Source of the DNA: an uncultured bacterium
GTDB taxonomy: Bacteria > SAR324 > NAC60-12
Length of the DNA: 64,000 nt
Direction: 5' to 3'
NCBI GenBank assembly: GCA_964010765.1
Contig: CAXGMD010000004.1
Coordinates: 17,338 to 81,337 of the forward strand
Below the pieces are notes generated by a model that was not told the origin of the DNA, made no database searches, and saw only the letters and a program-made list of their open reading frames with translations. A program made the position numbers and the translations under genes. Position 1 is the stretch's first letter. Each line of letters starts with the position of its first letter. Below, piece by piece: positions 1 through 9,198 of this stretch.

Positions 1-550
1 CTAATCGCACTCTTTGGATATCCTCCTCCAGTTCCCTTCGGCCTACTTTAATTTTGACAGTCTTGTAACCGACAATTTTACAACGTTCAATTTCACTTTC
101 TAACCCTTCTAGAGAGCAGTTTAGCAGACCATTTAATGAGACGGGAAAGCTGGGTTCTGGTTTTAAAAAATCGGCCAAAGAAATTTTTTCTTTCAGAAAT
201 TGATAATGAAACGCCAGCATTTCAAAACCAAACTTTACTGAAGGAGCAAGTGCCTTTGGATAATTCAATTCAAGCCAACTATCATTGCTGGCTTCTAACT
301 CTTTGATGAAATGCGGAAAGTGATTCTGTACCAATAATTTGGCCTCATCTAAACTTTCTGAATGAAGCCCTGGTAAAGGAGCAACCTCACCGTAGACAAT
401 GCCAACCTCGCTCTGCCAAAACAACAATAGACCTTTACGGAGGAAATCTGATTCTTGTTTGGTGGTAAGTTTATTTCGAAGGGGTAGATGGTATGGCAGG
501 AGGTGCCAGGTGTTTTCTGCTAGTAATGCTGAGAGTGCTGAGCGATTCAC
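1..550 (-). CDS. menC: o-succinylbenzoate synthase (enolase superfamily), 3'-truncated by window edge; probable GTG start at 548-550
   Basis: I translated the minus strand myself; it gives ...YHLPLRNKL...GEVAPLPGLHSESLDEAKLL...GYKTVKIKVG..., which resembles the MenC N-terminal region (E. coli GEISPLPGFSQETWEEA, KVKVG). The ORF track does not list it because it runs off the window. Confidence 0.55.
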   Translation of the reverse strand, partial: MNRSALSALLAENTWHLLPYHLPLRNKLTTKQESDFLRKGLLLFWQSEVGIVYGEVAPLPGLHSESLDEAKLLVQNHFPHFIKELEASNDSWLELNYPKALAPSVKFGFEMLAFHYQFLKEKISLADFLKPEPSFPVSLNGLLNCSLEGLESEIERCKIVGYKTVKIKVGRRELEEDIQRVRL

Positions 551-562
551 AAATTCACGGAG

Positions 563-751
563 TCACTTTTCAGGATTAGCTTTAGGAGTGAAATTCAAAC
601 AGGGTTGACCTGAAACCTGTAAAACATACTGAGAAGGCTCCAATCGTGTTTTGAATCCTAGCTTATGACAACCATACGGCGCGTTTGAATCCCAAGTGAT
701 GTGATAAAATCGGCACTGTCGACAGGATGCAGGAGGATTCGGTCTAGACAT
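563..751 (-). CDS. hypothetical small Cys-containing protein (62 aa) immediately upstream of menC
   Basis: ORF in the same orientation, 12 nt upstream of the menC start. It has CxxC...C...C cysteine spacing. I recognise no family. Confidence 0.25.
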   Translation of the reverse strand: MSRPNPPASCRQCRFYHITWDSNAPYGCHKLGFKTRLEPSQYVLQVSGQPCLNFTPKANPEK

Positions 752-966
752 TTTTCAAGGCGGGTTTGCTCTGTAAACAGAATTAGGATGCTCGAAAAGG
801 ATGAATAACAAGGAAGCACCAATGTAGAAAAATTTCAAATTTTTGGTGGTTTTTTGGACAAGCAAATTTTGCCCCTGCTTCATCTCCGAAAGTAACGGGT
901 AATTTTCTTTAGGTTTGTAGCAAATTAGTAGGTGAGTAGGTTGATCTCTTTAATCTTCAGTTACAA

Positions 967-2754
967 TTACCCTTGTTCGGGGTTGTCCAGAACCTCAGCA
1001 ACTTCTTTTTTCATCTCCGGCAGGATATCATTGTGCAGAAATGTTCTATTCACGATTTCCTTGAAAACAGGCCCTGCGACTTTACCACCGTATGGAGAAC
1101 TCCGTGGGTGTTCAATCACAACTAGCACAGTGAGTAGTGGCTGTTCGGCTGGGACGTAGCCATTGAAGAATGCAATATGCTTTCGGTTGGAATATCTGCC
1201 GGTTTTTTCGTCAAAAACTTGAGAAGTCCCAGTCTTTCCAGCGACGTTGTAACCTGGGATCGCTGCTTCTACAGCAGTGCCGCCTTCCTGGGTTACGCTA
1301 ATCATCATTTTCCTTAGTATTTGGGCAGTTTCAGCAGAAATCAACTGCTTTGGATCATGAGCTCCAAATTTCTTCGAGATTTTTCCTTCCTCATCAAGCG
1401 TCTCCAGAATGATATCCCCTTCCTCGCTGAAAGCATGGTCAACAATATAAGGAGGAAGCCATTTCCCATCAGCAGCAACAACGTTCAGTGCACTGATCAA
1501 CTGGAGCGGAGAAACTAAGATGCCATGGCCAAAGGAGATGGAGGCATGATCAACTCGAGTCCAGCGTTGTAGTGGCAGCACCCGTCCAAGAGCCTCACCA
1601 GAAAGCCCAGATTCTGGTCGTGAACCAAATCCAAATCGGCGAATATATTCGTAGAATTTCTCTGGGCTTATCAAAGTACCAATTTTGATGGCACATATGT
1701 TCGAAGATTTCTGAATGATCTGTTCGATATTCAGATTTTCATGAGGTGAGGTGTCGTGGAAATCTTCCCCAGCGAACCGAAAAGCGCCATTTTCACAGAA
1801 AAATTCTTGCTCCGGTGTAATAAGCTTCTCTTCCAGAGCAGCAGCAATGGTTAAAATTTTAAACGTAGAACCAGGCTCATAGCCAACGGTGACGGCACGA
1901 TTCAGAAAAGTTGATCTGTCGAAGTCTCGGTAACGATTTGGATCGAATTGGGGATAGGTCGCCATTGAAAGCACTGCTCCTGTCTGGGAGTGCATGACGA
2001 TGGCTACTCCGCGGTCAGCTCGGGAAGTCTCGACTCCGCGTTTCAGCGCAGCTTCGGTGTAATGTTGAATGGTGTTGTCAAGTGTCAGCTGAATCGAGTG
2101 TCTTTGAGCTTTCAGATCGTGAGGTAAGGTGTGTGGAATTACTCTTCGAGTCCCATCCCGCTCAACGACGACTTCTTCAGGTTCTCCAGCCATCAAGTCT
2201 TGATACTGGTACTCTAGCCCTTCCAATCCTTGTGAATCGACTCCTGTGAAACCTAACAAGGCTCCAGCCATCTCACCGTTCGGATAGACCCTTCTGTACT
2301 CTTCAACAAAATCTAACCCTTCAAAGTCCATTGTCTTAATCTTCTGGGCAACCTCCGGGGGCAGTTGACGCTTTAGCCAGACGAAAGAGCGTTTTGTTCT
2401 GAGAGTTTTAAGAAGTTTGTCCCGATTAATATCAAGTAGTGGAGCAATACGCGTCGCAACTGTGTAAGGAGATTTAATATTTTGTGGTCTTGCGTAGAGG
2501 GATTGGACTGGGACGGAAACAGCGAGGCGGCGGCCCTGGCGATCTGTAATTGTACCCCTTCGAGGTTCCAGGGTGATTCTACTTTGTTGTTGGTGACGGG
2601 CGCGCTCTGAGAAGTACTCAGCCTGCAAAATCTGCAAGTAGAACATGCGACCCAATAAGACTACTAAACAACTGGCAATCACTACAACAACCGAAAGAAC
2701 TCGGAGATTGAAAGTGTAATGTGAAAATTTGGGATTATGGGTGCGAGACTTCAT
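967..2754 (-). CDS. ftsI: peptidoglycan D,D-transpeptidase FtsI / PBP3-type class B penicillin-binding protein
   Basis: 595 aa with an N-terminal TM segment, a PBP dimerisation region, and the SxxK (GSTFK), SSN and KTGT motifs. It lies immediately downstream of the ftsL-like gene. Confidence 0.85.
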   Translation of the reverse strand: MKSRTHNPKFSHYTFNLRVLSVVVVIASCLVVLLGRMFYLQILQAEYFSERARHQQQSRITLEPRRGTITDRQGRRLAVSVPVQSLYARPQNIKSPYTVATRIAPLLDINRDKLLKTLRTKRSFVWLKRQLPPEVAQKIKTMDFEGLDFVEEYRRVYPNGEMAGALLGFTGVDSQGLEGLEYQYQDLMAGEPEEVVVERDGTRRVIPHTLPHDLKAQRHSIQLTLDNTIQHYTEAALKRGVETSRADRGVAIVMHSQTGAVLSMATYPQFDPNRYRDFDRSTFLNRAVTVGYEPGSTFKILTIAAALEEKLITPEQEFFCENGAFRFAGEDFHDTSPHENLNIEQIIQKSSNICAIKIGTLISPEKFYEYIRRFGFGSRPESGLSGEALGRVLPLQRWTRVDHASISFGHGILVSPLQLISALNVVAADGKWLPPYIVDHAFSEEGDIILETLDEEGKISKKFGAHDPKQLISAETAQILRKMMISVTQEGGTAVEAAIPGYNVAGKTGTSQVFDEKTGRYSNRKHIAFFNGYVPAEQPLLTVLVVIEHPRSSPYGGKVAGPVFKEIVNRTFLHNDILPEMKKEVAEVLDNPEQG

Positions 2755-3109
2755 CTGAGAAGAGAATTTCGCTTTGGTAAAGTTGGGCAGGATTGGGAAG
2801 CCGCATCTGCATTTGGTTGAGAGCTACAGTCTCAAGGCGTTGGGGCCTGCTCAAATAATCAGCTTCTACCCTCAGCATCTCTAGTCGAACGATCATCTGC
2901 TGATGATCTTTTTCAAGACGTTGAACCTCGTAACTTTTTTGCAGGAAGTTCATCCACTGCCAGAGATAAACTAGACAACCGAAAGTAAGCAGGATGGCCA
3001 GCAAGACCATGGTACGAAAAGAACGGAGGGTTCCCCTTAGCAGAAGAGCCGGGTCATGCCAGAGGAGTTGTGTTTTGAGAATTTGAGATTTGCGGAGGAG
3101 AATCTTCAT
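2735..3109 (-). CDS. ftsL: cell division protein FtsL-like (TM + coiled coil); true start is probably internal (e.g. the Met at ~3010)
   Basis: TM segment MVLLAILLTFGCLVYLW followed by a coiled coil and an LSRPQRLETVA...QM C-terminal motif typical of FtsL. It sits upstream of ftsI. The 5' part of the ORF overlaps the moaC 3' end. Confidence 0.5.
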   Translation of the reverse strand: MKILLRKSQILKTQLLWHDPALLLRGTLRSFRTMVLLAILLTFGCLVYLWQWMNFLQKSYEVQRLEKDHQQMIVRLEMLRVEADYLSRPQRLETVALNQMQMRLPNPAQLYQSEILFSDEVSHP

Positions 3110-3614
3110 GTCCGGGTGAATTTGTTTTTTGATGGAAGCTGGCTGAGTTGTAATCTCCGGACTTCCCTCCGGACTTGTGTATTAAGTGTACTGATTCAAT
3201 GACCATGCCTTTGGTTACAGACTTACACATGTCGTACAGGGTCAGTGCAGCGACGCTAGCAGCCGTGAGCGCTTCCATCTCGACACCAGTTTTTCCAGTT
3301 GTCCGAACAGTTGCGGTCAGCACTGCAAGTCCATCGGCCAACTCAGTTTCGATCTCAACACCGGACAAGGGTAAAGGGTGGCACATGGGGATAATTTCTG
3401 ATGCTTTTTTAGCCCCTTGAATACCCGCAATAATAGCAGTTTGAAAAACCGGTCCTTTGGATGTACTCCCTTCCTCTTTCAATAATTCAAACAATTCCTG
3501 ACCCAGGCGGATAACAGCTTGGGCGACAGCCTTGCGTTCGGTGATTGCTTTGTGTGAGACATCAACCATTCGAGGATGCTCTCTGTTATCAAGATGAGTG
3601 AAGTCAGCACTCAT
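3054..3614 (-). CDS. moaC: cyclic pyranopterin monophosphate synthase MoaC, with a ~25-aa low-complexity C-terminal extension
   Basis: Strong similarity to MoaC (…GVEMEALTAASVAALTLYDMCK…GGKSGD…). Confidence 0.85.
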   Translation of the reverse strand: MSADFTHLDNREHPRMVDVSHKAITERKAVAQAVIRLGQELFELLKEEGSTSKGPVFQTAIIAGIQGAKKASEIIPMCHPLPLSGVEIETELADGLAVLTATVRTTGKTGVEMEALTAASVAALTLYDMCKSVTKGMVIESVHLIHKSGGKSGDYNSASFHQKTNSPGHEDSPPQISNSQNTTPLA

Positions 3615-4332
3615 GACGTAGTTCCTCGGTTAAGGGTGTCCAAGTTTGATGTAGTAACACTTCTGAGGGGCGAAAGTCCGCCTTGTATTGCATTTTTTTC
3701 GAGTCAGGTACCCAATAGCCTAGATAGTGCCATTGTCGTTTGCAATGCTGGGCATATTCAATTTCATGCAGCAAAGAAAAAATTCCTAAGCGTCGATGTT
3801 GAGCGTTAGGCTCAAAGGCAAAGTAGACAGCGCTGGTAGAATTTTCGAGCCGATCAATCCAACTAACCCCAAGTAGTTCATCCTCTAACCAGAATAAGAT
3901 CATTTCTGAGGGAACTGGACTATCAATCAAAAACTCAATGAACTCTTCTCTGGAGGTGGGATTTCCACGTTGATGCCAATGTTCCTGATAGCGTCGGTAT
4001 AATTCAAAGACATCTTCCCGGAAAACAACGGGTACGTGTTCAATTCGCAAATCTTGGTTCTTTCGCTGTGTTCGCTTTTGTGAGCGACTGGGCTGGAAGG
4101 AGGGAACATTTACTCGCAGTGGGATGCAGAGACGGCAATTCTCACAGGCTGGGTGGTAGATAGAGGTTCCACTTCTACGGAAGCCCTTGCCCAACAATGT
4201 TTCATAAGTTTCAATCGGAAGTTGGTCAGCATAAAAAGTGAGATTATCCCACTGACCAACGGCTCTATAGGGACAGGGACCATTATGAGTGTGATAGACT
4301 GTCCAAGAACTTGGTAGAAACTCTTCCATCAA
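3604..4332 (-). CDS. bpt: aspartate/glutamate leucyltransferase (bacterial arginyl-tRNA-protein transferase-like, Bpt/Ate1 family)
   Basis: N-terminal CxxC Ate1-N domain and a C-terminal domain with the HYLGYW motif; 242 aa. Confidence 0.75.
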   Translation of the reverse strand: MMEEFLPSSWTVYHTHNGPCPYRAVGQWDNLTFYADQLPIETYETLLGKGFRRSGTSIYHPACENCRLCIPLRVNVPSFQPSRSQKRTQRKNQDLRIEHVPVVFREDVFELYRRYQEHWHQRGNPTSREEFIEFLIDSPVPSEMILFWLEDELLGVSWIDRLENSTSAVYFAFEPNAQHRRLGIFSLLHEIEYAQHCKRQWHYLGYWVPDSKKMQYKADFRPSEVLLHQTWTPLTEELRHEC

Positions 4333-4343
4333 TGCTGCTCAAA

Positions 4344-5318
4344 TCATTCGGGCAGGCCTGTGGCGATTACCGTTACAGAAACTTGATCTTCTGGGGTATC
4401 TGTCAAAGTGGCTCCCCAGATAAGATTCACATCATCATCAGCCAAATCTTCGAGTTGATTCATCGCAGCGGTGATCTCCAGAGCTCCTGCATCTCGAGGG
4501 GCCACCAGATGAATCAGAATTCCTTTTGCGCCTTGGATATCTGTATCCTGCATCAAAGGGCTATGGATAGCGCTATCGATGGCACGGAACATTCGATCTT
4601 TGCCAACACCTGTACCCTTACCAATGACTGCACGACCCATCCCTTCCATCACAGTCTGCATATCAGCAAAATCAACGTTGATATCGCCTACTCCATTTAA
4701 AAGATCAGTAATTCCCTGAATCGCATGGACTAGTACTTCGTCCACCATGTGAAAGGCATCTTTGAAACTTGTAGATCGATCTGTGGCTTCCAGTAGGCGT
4801 TCATTTGGGATGACCAATAATGTATCGGTGTTCTCGCGAAGAGTTGCCACTCCCTGAAGTGCCGCTCTCATCCGGCGTTTCCCTTCAAATGAGAAAGGGA
4901 GCGTGACCACTCCAACGGTAAGAATTTTTTTTGATTTGGATATTCGGGCAATTATAGGAGCTGATCCTGTGCCGGTTCCACCGCCCATTCCAGCGACAAT
5001 AAAAGCCATATCGGCACCACTTAGCATCCGCTCAATTTCAGCAGCACTTTCTTCAGCAGCATGTGCGCCGATTTCTGGACGAGCCCCTGCACCCAACCCT
5101 CTTGTGAGCTCACGTCCAAGCTCCATCTTGATGGTTGCGTTTGAGTTGTTCAGTGCTTTCAGATCAGTGTTGCAAGCAATGAGTTCGACATGCCGGATGC
5201 CCTCATCTGCCATTTTGCTAACAACGTTACCACCTCCTCCACCTGCGCCGATAATCTTGATTGTGGGAATGAATGCGTCTTGCTGGGGAATGGTAAAAGC
5301 TGGACCAGATGCTTCCAT
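4344..5318 (-). CDS. ftsZ: cell division GTPase FtsZ, core domain only (324 aa, ends at ...VIATGLPE, no C-terminal linker or conserved peptide)
   Basis: GGGTGTG tubulin signature, IKIIGAGGGGGN N-terminus and NERLL motif. Confidence 0.9.
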   Translation of the reverse strand: MEASGPAFTIPQQDAFIPTIKIIGAGGGGGNVVSKMADEGIRHVELIACNTDLKALNNSNATIKMELGRELTRGLGAGARPEIGAHAAEESAAEIERMLSGADMAFIVAGMGGGTGTGSAPIIARISKSKKILTVGVVTLPFSFEGKRRMRAALQGVATLRENTDTLLVIPNERLLEATDRSTSFKDAFHMVDEVLVHAIQGITDLLNGVGDINVDFADMQTVMEGMGRAVIGKGTGVGKDRMFRAIDSAIHSPLMQDTDIQGAKGILIHLVAPRDAGALEITAAMNQLEDLADDDVNLIWGATLTDTPEDQVSVTVIATGLPE

Positions 5319-5577
5319 GTTATCCTTGTGTCCTAGAGTGTGAAATCGTTCGTGAAAAGTTTATTTTGTTCATGATCAAAATAACTATCAAACTTACATT
5401 TACCTTGTTTTTTTGTAGTGACCATCATTATCGTCAAATGTATTTTCTCCGAAAATGCAAATGAACAGACTAGGAGAATGAGTGATTCTGACGTAACGAA
5501 ACAAGAGAGCCCAGATACTTTTGCAGCGTCAGACATGCCCAAGGACTCCGCTTTAATAGCAACCAAAGGGAAGATTT

Positions 5578-7248
5578 ATGACGTTTCAAGAAATGGGACT
5601 GTCCGATGCAGTACTTCGTGCGTTGGAGGAAGCAGGTTTTTCTGAACCAACTCCAATTCAGGAGCAGGTAATACCCCTGCAAATCGGACATAATGACGTA
5701 ATCGGCCAAGCCCAAACCGGTACCGGAAAAACGGCTGCCTTCGGAATTCCTCTGATCGAAAGACTCACTCCTCGCCAGCGTGATGACGGCAAGCACACCA
5801 CAGACGCTCTGATTTTAACCCCCACGCGGGAACTGGCCTCTCAGGTTTCCGAAGAACTCCGCAAGATTGGGCTTTATAAATCTTTATCCGTTGTCACCAT
5901 TTATGGTGGAGTTTCCATCGAACAACAAGTCCGTACTCTTCGCCGCCGTACCAACATCATTGTTGGCACTCCAGGGCGTGTGCTTGATCATCTTTCCAGA
6001 GGAACGATTGATTTGAGTGGAGTTCGGCACTTTGTTTTGGATGAAGCCGATGAGATGTTAGACATGGGCTTTATCGAAGATATCCAGACGATCATGCAGA
6101 GTCTTCCTAAGAAAAGACAAATTCTACTTTTCTCTGCAACAATGTCTCCAGAAATTGATCGGATTGCTGCCAAATACATGAGCCAGCCTTCAACTGTCTC
6201 AGTTTCGAGGTCCAATATCCTTGTCCCACGAATTTCCCAATGGCTTCACAAGGTAAAATACTGGGAACGTTTTGAAGGGCTTTGCAGAATCCTCAGCCAT
6301 CATCAGCCTGAGTTGGCTTTGATTTTTTGCCAGACCAAGCGGGATGTGGATGAACTTTATAGACAGCTGCACGAGCGAGGCTACAAAGTTGATGCATTAC
6401 ATGGTGACTACAGCCAAAACCAACGCGATCAAGTGATGCAAAAATTTCGCAATCATGAACTAGACCTCCTGATTGCGACAGATTTGGCAGCTAGAGGGAT
6501 TGATTCCAAACTTGATATGGTGGTCAATTACAACGTTCCAGAGAATCCGGAAACATATGTACACCGCATCGGCCGAACTGGTCGAGCAGGTCGTGAAGGG
6601 TTGGCAATTAGTTTTGTTTCACCAGAAGACTACCGACAACTCTACGCAATTGAAAAATTGATCAAAACTCGTCTGCAGTACCGTGATTTGCCTACGCGCG
6701 AGGAACTCAAGTCTCACCGCCAGGATTTTCTACAAAAGCGCATAGATGATGGAATCAAGGATGTAGAAAGTGCGGATTACGTTGAACTTGCGGCCAAACT
6801 ACTGGAAAGTGAATCACCACTAGAAATGTTAGCTGCAACACTGAGGGTTGCAGGTGACGCCCTGTCACCAAAAATCAGTGTTGATCGACAGCACGAATTG
6901 AATTCAGAAAATACTGGAGCAGAGTACGGAATGGTACGCTTCTTTCTGAGTGGGGGCAGAACGATTGGACTAATGTGTGGTGATGTGGTGAGATTAGTAA
7001 CTCACAACACAAAGATACCAGGGGCAGAAGTTGGGAAAATCACGCTACAGGATGATTTTTCCTTCGTGGAAGTCCCTGAATCATGGGCAAGGCATTTGCT
7101 TGACAGCTTGCCAAGCTTTCATTTTCGTGGTAGCGAAATCAGCGTAAAACCAGCTAGAGCTCGTGAGAAAGTAGCTCGTTTCCGTGATTTCCGTAACAAC
7201 AATAATCAACGTTCCCGTCGCCCGCAACGGCGATACTCTAATGGATGA
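5578..7248 (+). CDS. deaD: DEAD-box ATP-dependent RNA helicase (DeaD/CsdA-like) with a DbpA-type C-terminal RNA-binding domain and an Arg-rich tail
   Basis: Q-motif, GTGKTAAF Walker A, DEAD box, SAT and HRIGRTGRAG motifs; 556 aa. Confidence 0.9.
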   Translation: MTFQEMGLSDAVLRALEEAGFSEPTPIQEQVIPLQIGHNDVIGQAQTGTGKTAAFGIPLIERLTPRQRDDGKHTTDALILTPTRELASQVSEELRKIGLYKSLSVVTIYGGVSIEQQVRTLRRRTNIIVGTPGRVLDHLSRGTIDLSGVRHFVLDEADEMLDMGFIEDIQTIMQSLPKKRQILLFSATMSPEIDRIAAKYMSQPSTVSVSRSNILVPRISQWLHKVKYWERFEGLCRILSHHQPELALIFCQTKRDVDELYRQLHERGYKVDALHGDYSQNQRDQVMQKFRNHELDLLIATDLAARGIDSKLDMVVNYNVPENPETYVHRIGRTGRAGREGLAISFVSPEDYRQLYAIEKLIKTRLQYRDLPTREELKSHRQDFLQKRIDDGIKDVESADYVELAAKLLESESPLEMLAATLRVAGDALSPKISVDRQHELNSENTGAEYGMVRFFLSGGRTIGLMCGDVVRLVTHNTKIPGAEVGKITLQDDFSFVEVPESWARHLLDSLPSFHFRGSEISVKPARAREKVARFRDFRNNNNQRSRRPQRRYSNG

Positions 7249-7451
7249 ATGAGGTTCAATGATCGACGAGAAAATTTTCTATCTTTTTCTTTTCCCATGG
7301 ATGCTTTTCATAGCTTCTATGCCGGCAGCCGTCTTGACTTTCCTGTTTAGTGGCCTTGCTGCACAGCTCCTCAACTATCTACCTAACGGAGGGGTTCAGC
7401 AGGACAAGGTTCAAAGCTGAAATTTGACATTGCACCTCAGCGAGAAAAAAC

Positions 7452-7850
7452 GTGAATAAATACAGTGCACTGATCTCTGATTTTCTTCACAATTGTGGTG
7501 ATGCAGACAAGGGGTTTGTGAATGACACAGAGTGGTGGATCGTCAATGGCTCTGTGAAGGTTCAGATTTTTCTGACTTCCCTCGAAGAAGACGCAGAGTT
7601 GATTGTGGCAGCCAACCTTTTCCGTTACGCACGATCAAACCCTGAGTTGAACGAATATGTCCTGAAATTAAATGGGACTTTTAAGCTCAAGGGTGTTTCT
7701 TTTGGGATTCGCAATAAACATCTTGTTCTGAACTTTGTTCGTCCAGTGCTGGGCCTAGATCCAGAAGAACTGGAGTGGATGATTGCCTGTATTGCAATCA
7801 TCGCAGACGAATATGATGACTACCTGTTAAATGAGTTCAGTATTGCCTGA
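7452..7850 (+). CDS. YbjN-domain protein (putative sensory transduction regulator / T3SS-chaperone-like fold)
   Basis: 132 aa whose pattern matches the YbjN family (...LNGTFKLKG...LDPEELEWMIA...). Recognition is by memory only. Confidence 0.4.
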   Translation: MNKYSALISDFLHNCGDADKGFVNDTEWWIVNGSVKVQIFLTSLEEDAELIVAANLFRYARSNPELNEYVLKLNGTFKLKGVSFGIRNKHLVLNFVRPVLGLDPEELEWMIACIAIIADEYDDYLLNEFSIA

Positions 7851-8709
7851 GTCCTCTCCTGTGGGCAGTTTCATAAAATTCTATTTCATCGAAATTGCCC
7901 TGTGCTTGATAGCTCTTCCTCTCACGTTCGCAAAGATCCTTCAAAAAACGACAGCTAGTGTCTGGTGGCACGCTTTTTACCAGTTTTTCCGCAGTGTTCA
8001 GTGGGAATGTCTAAAAAAATCCCAGAATCTGAATTGGGAAATTTCGCTGCCATCCACATTATCACGTGATCGCTCTTATCTTGTAATTTCAAACCAAGAA
8101 GGACCTCTGGTACCTCTCATTGTTAGAGGAGTTCTCGGTAGAAAAATCACACCGATTGTCACTCCACTTCGCCATAGGAAAATTCCAAATCTAGTGCTAG
8201 AATGGCGAGCCTGGCTAGATGAAGCACCAGTTTACCTGTATCTGCCAGCTGAGCGGCAAACTAACGATCCACAGGCCACCCAAGAGCAGTTGGCAAAAGT
8301 AGGTGAAAAGTACAAAAATCTTCTTGAACAAACCCGTTCTCTGCTTCTATTGCCTGAAAAAGATGCTTATAGGAGAGACGGACAACTATTGAGAAATTCT
8401 AAATTTCTTTATACTCCGAAGCCTGGTGAACTAATTCATGCTACGTTAATGCAGAATCAAACTTGGCATTCAATTTTGGATGTGACTTTTCATCAGGAAA
8501 AACCAGTACGCTTTGCTTGGCAATGGTTGCTTGGAGGAAGGCAAAATATATTGTTGTCGGTTCGTGAAATTCCATTGCCCAGTGCCCTACAGTCTTCTTC
8601 AGCAAATGACGTAAGAAGATGGCTGAGTCAATTCTGGAAGGAGAAAGCAGAATGGTTGGAAACTTTGGTGAACACTGAACCGATTCGACATGATCTGGTG
8701 AACACTTAG
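7831..8709 (+). CDS. hypothetical protein with possible lysophospholipid-acyltransferase-like fold but degenerate catalytic motifs
   Basis: N-terminal hydrophobic segment. VISNQEGPLVP and LPAERQT resemble PlsC motifs I and III but lack the HxxxxD His/Asp. Its start overlaps the upstream gene by 20 nt. Confidence 0.3.
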   Translation: MSSVLPESSPVGSFIKFYFIEIALCLIALPLTFAKILQKTTASVWWHAFYQFFRSVQWECLKKSQNLNWEISLPSTLSRDRSYLVISNQEGPLVPLIVRGVLGRKITPIVTPLRHRKIPNLVLEWRAWLDEAPVYLYLPAERQTNDPQATQEQLAKVGEKYKNLLEQTRSLLLLPEKDAYRRDGQLLRNSKFLYTPKPGELIHATLMQNQTWHSILDVTFHQEKPVRFAWQWLLGGRQNILLSVREIPLPSALQSSSANDVRRWLSQFWKEKAEWLETLVNTEPIRHDLVNT

Positions 8710-8718
8710 GGAGAATCT

Positions 8719-9165
8719 ATGCGTTGGAAGATGATTTTGGGAACTGTAATCCTATCGGCAACTATTAGTGGTTCTTTGTTTGCGCAAAACATTGTTGAAT
8801 TGGGAGACGGCAAGACTCTGATTTTGAAATCCGATGGCACTTATGAAACCGTCAAAGTGGCAGCCACTGATCAGGGTGAGAAAGTCATTTTACGTCAGGA
8901 TATGACTTATGAGTATCTTAAAAATAAGGAACTTTACCTCAAATCAGACGGTACATACGAGTATCTTGCTGAGAAAGAATTTTCGCTAACTGATCAGCCA
9001 GCCCGAGACAATTTGATCAGTGAACTACGAGAACTATATTGCACTAAACGTCAGAAGGCCCTATCTCCGCAGCAAAGATCAAGAATGATTAAGCTCACCA
9101 TCGATATTCTGGAAGGCAACCAACCAGCCCTACTAGCTGAACTTCAAAACGGAAATTGTAACTGA
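8719..9165 (+). CDS. secreted hypothetical protein with a duplicated LKSDGTYE motif
   Basis: Signal-peptide-like N-terminus (MRWKMILGTVILSATISGSLFAQ) and an internal repeat. Confidence 0.4.
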   Translation: MRWKMILGTVILSATISGSLFAQNIVELGDGKTLILKSDGTYETVKVAATDQGEKVILRQDMTYEYLKNKELYLKSDGTYEYLAEKEFSLTDQPARDNLISELRELYCTKRQKALSPQQRSRMIKLTIDILEGNQPALLAELQNGNCN

Positions 9166-9198
9166 TAATCTGCCGCTTCATTTTTAGACCCACGCCTT

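Noticed and set aside
563-565. In-frame TGA between the 62-aa ORF and menC as a possible selenocysteine/readthrough site
   Set aside because: No SECIS-like hairpin is apparent downstream. MenC homology begins only after the GTG start and needs no N-terminal extension, and the frame coincidence has a 1-in-3 chance.
3175-3420. 81-aa ORF on the + strand
   Set aside because: It is antisense to the well-supported moaC, has no homology, and is an artefact.
4903-5343. 146-aa Pro/Ala-rich ORF on the + strand
   Set aside because: It lies entirely antisense to ftsZ. The Pro/Ala richness is the expected mirror of Gly/Ala-rich FtsZ codons, so it is not a gene.
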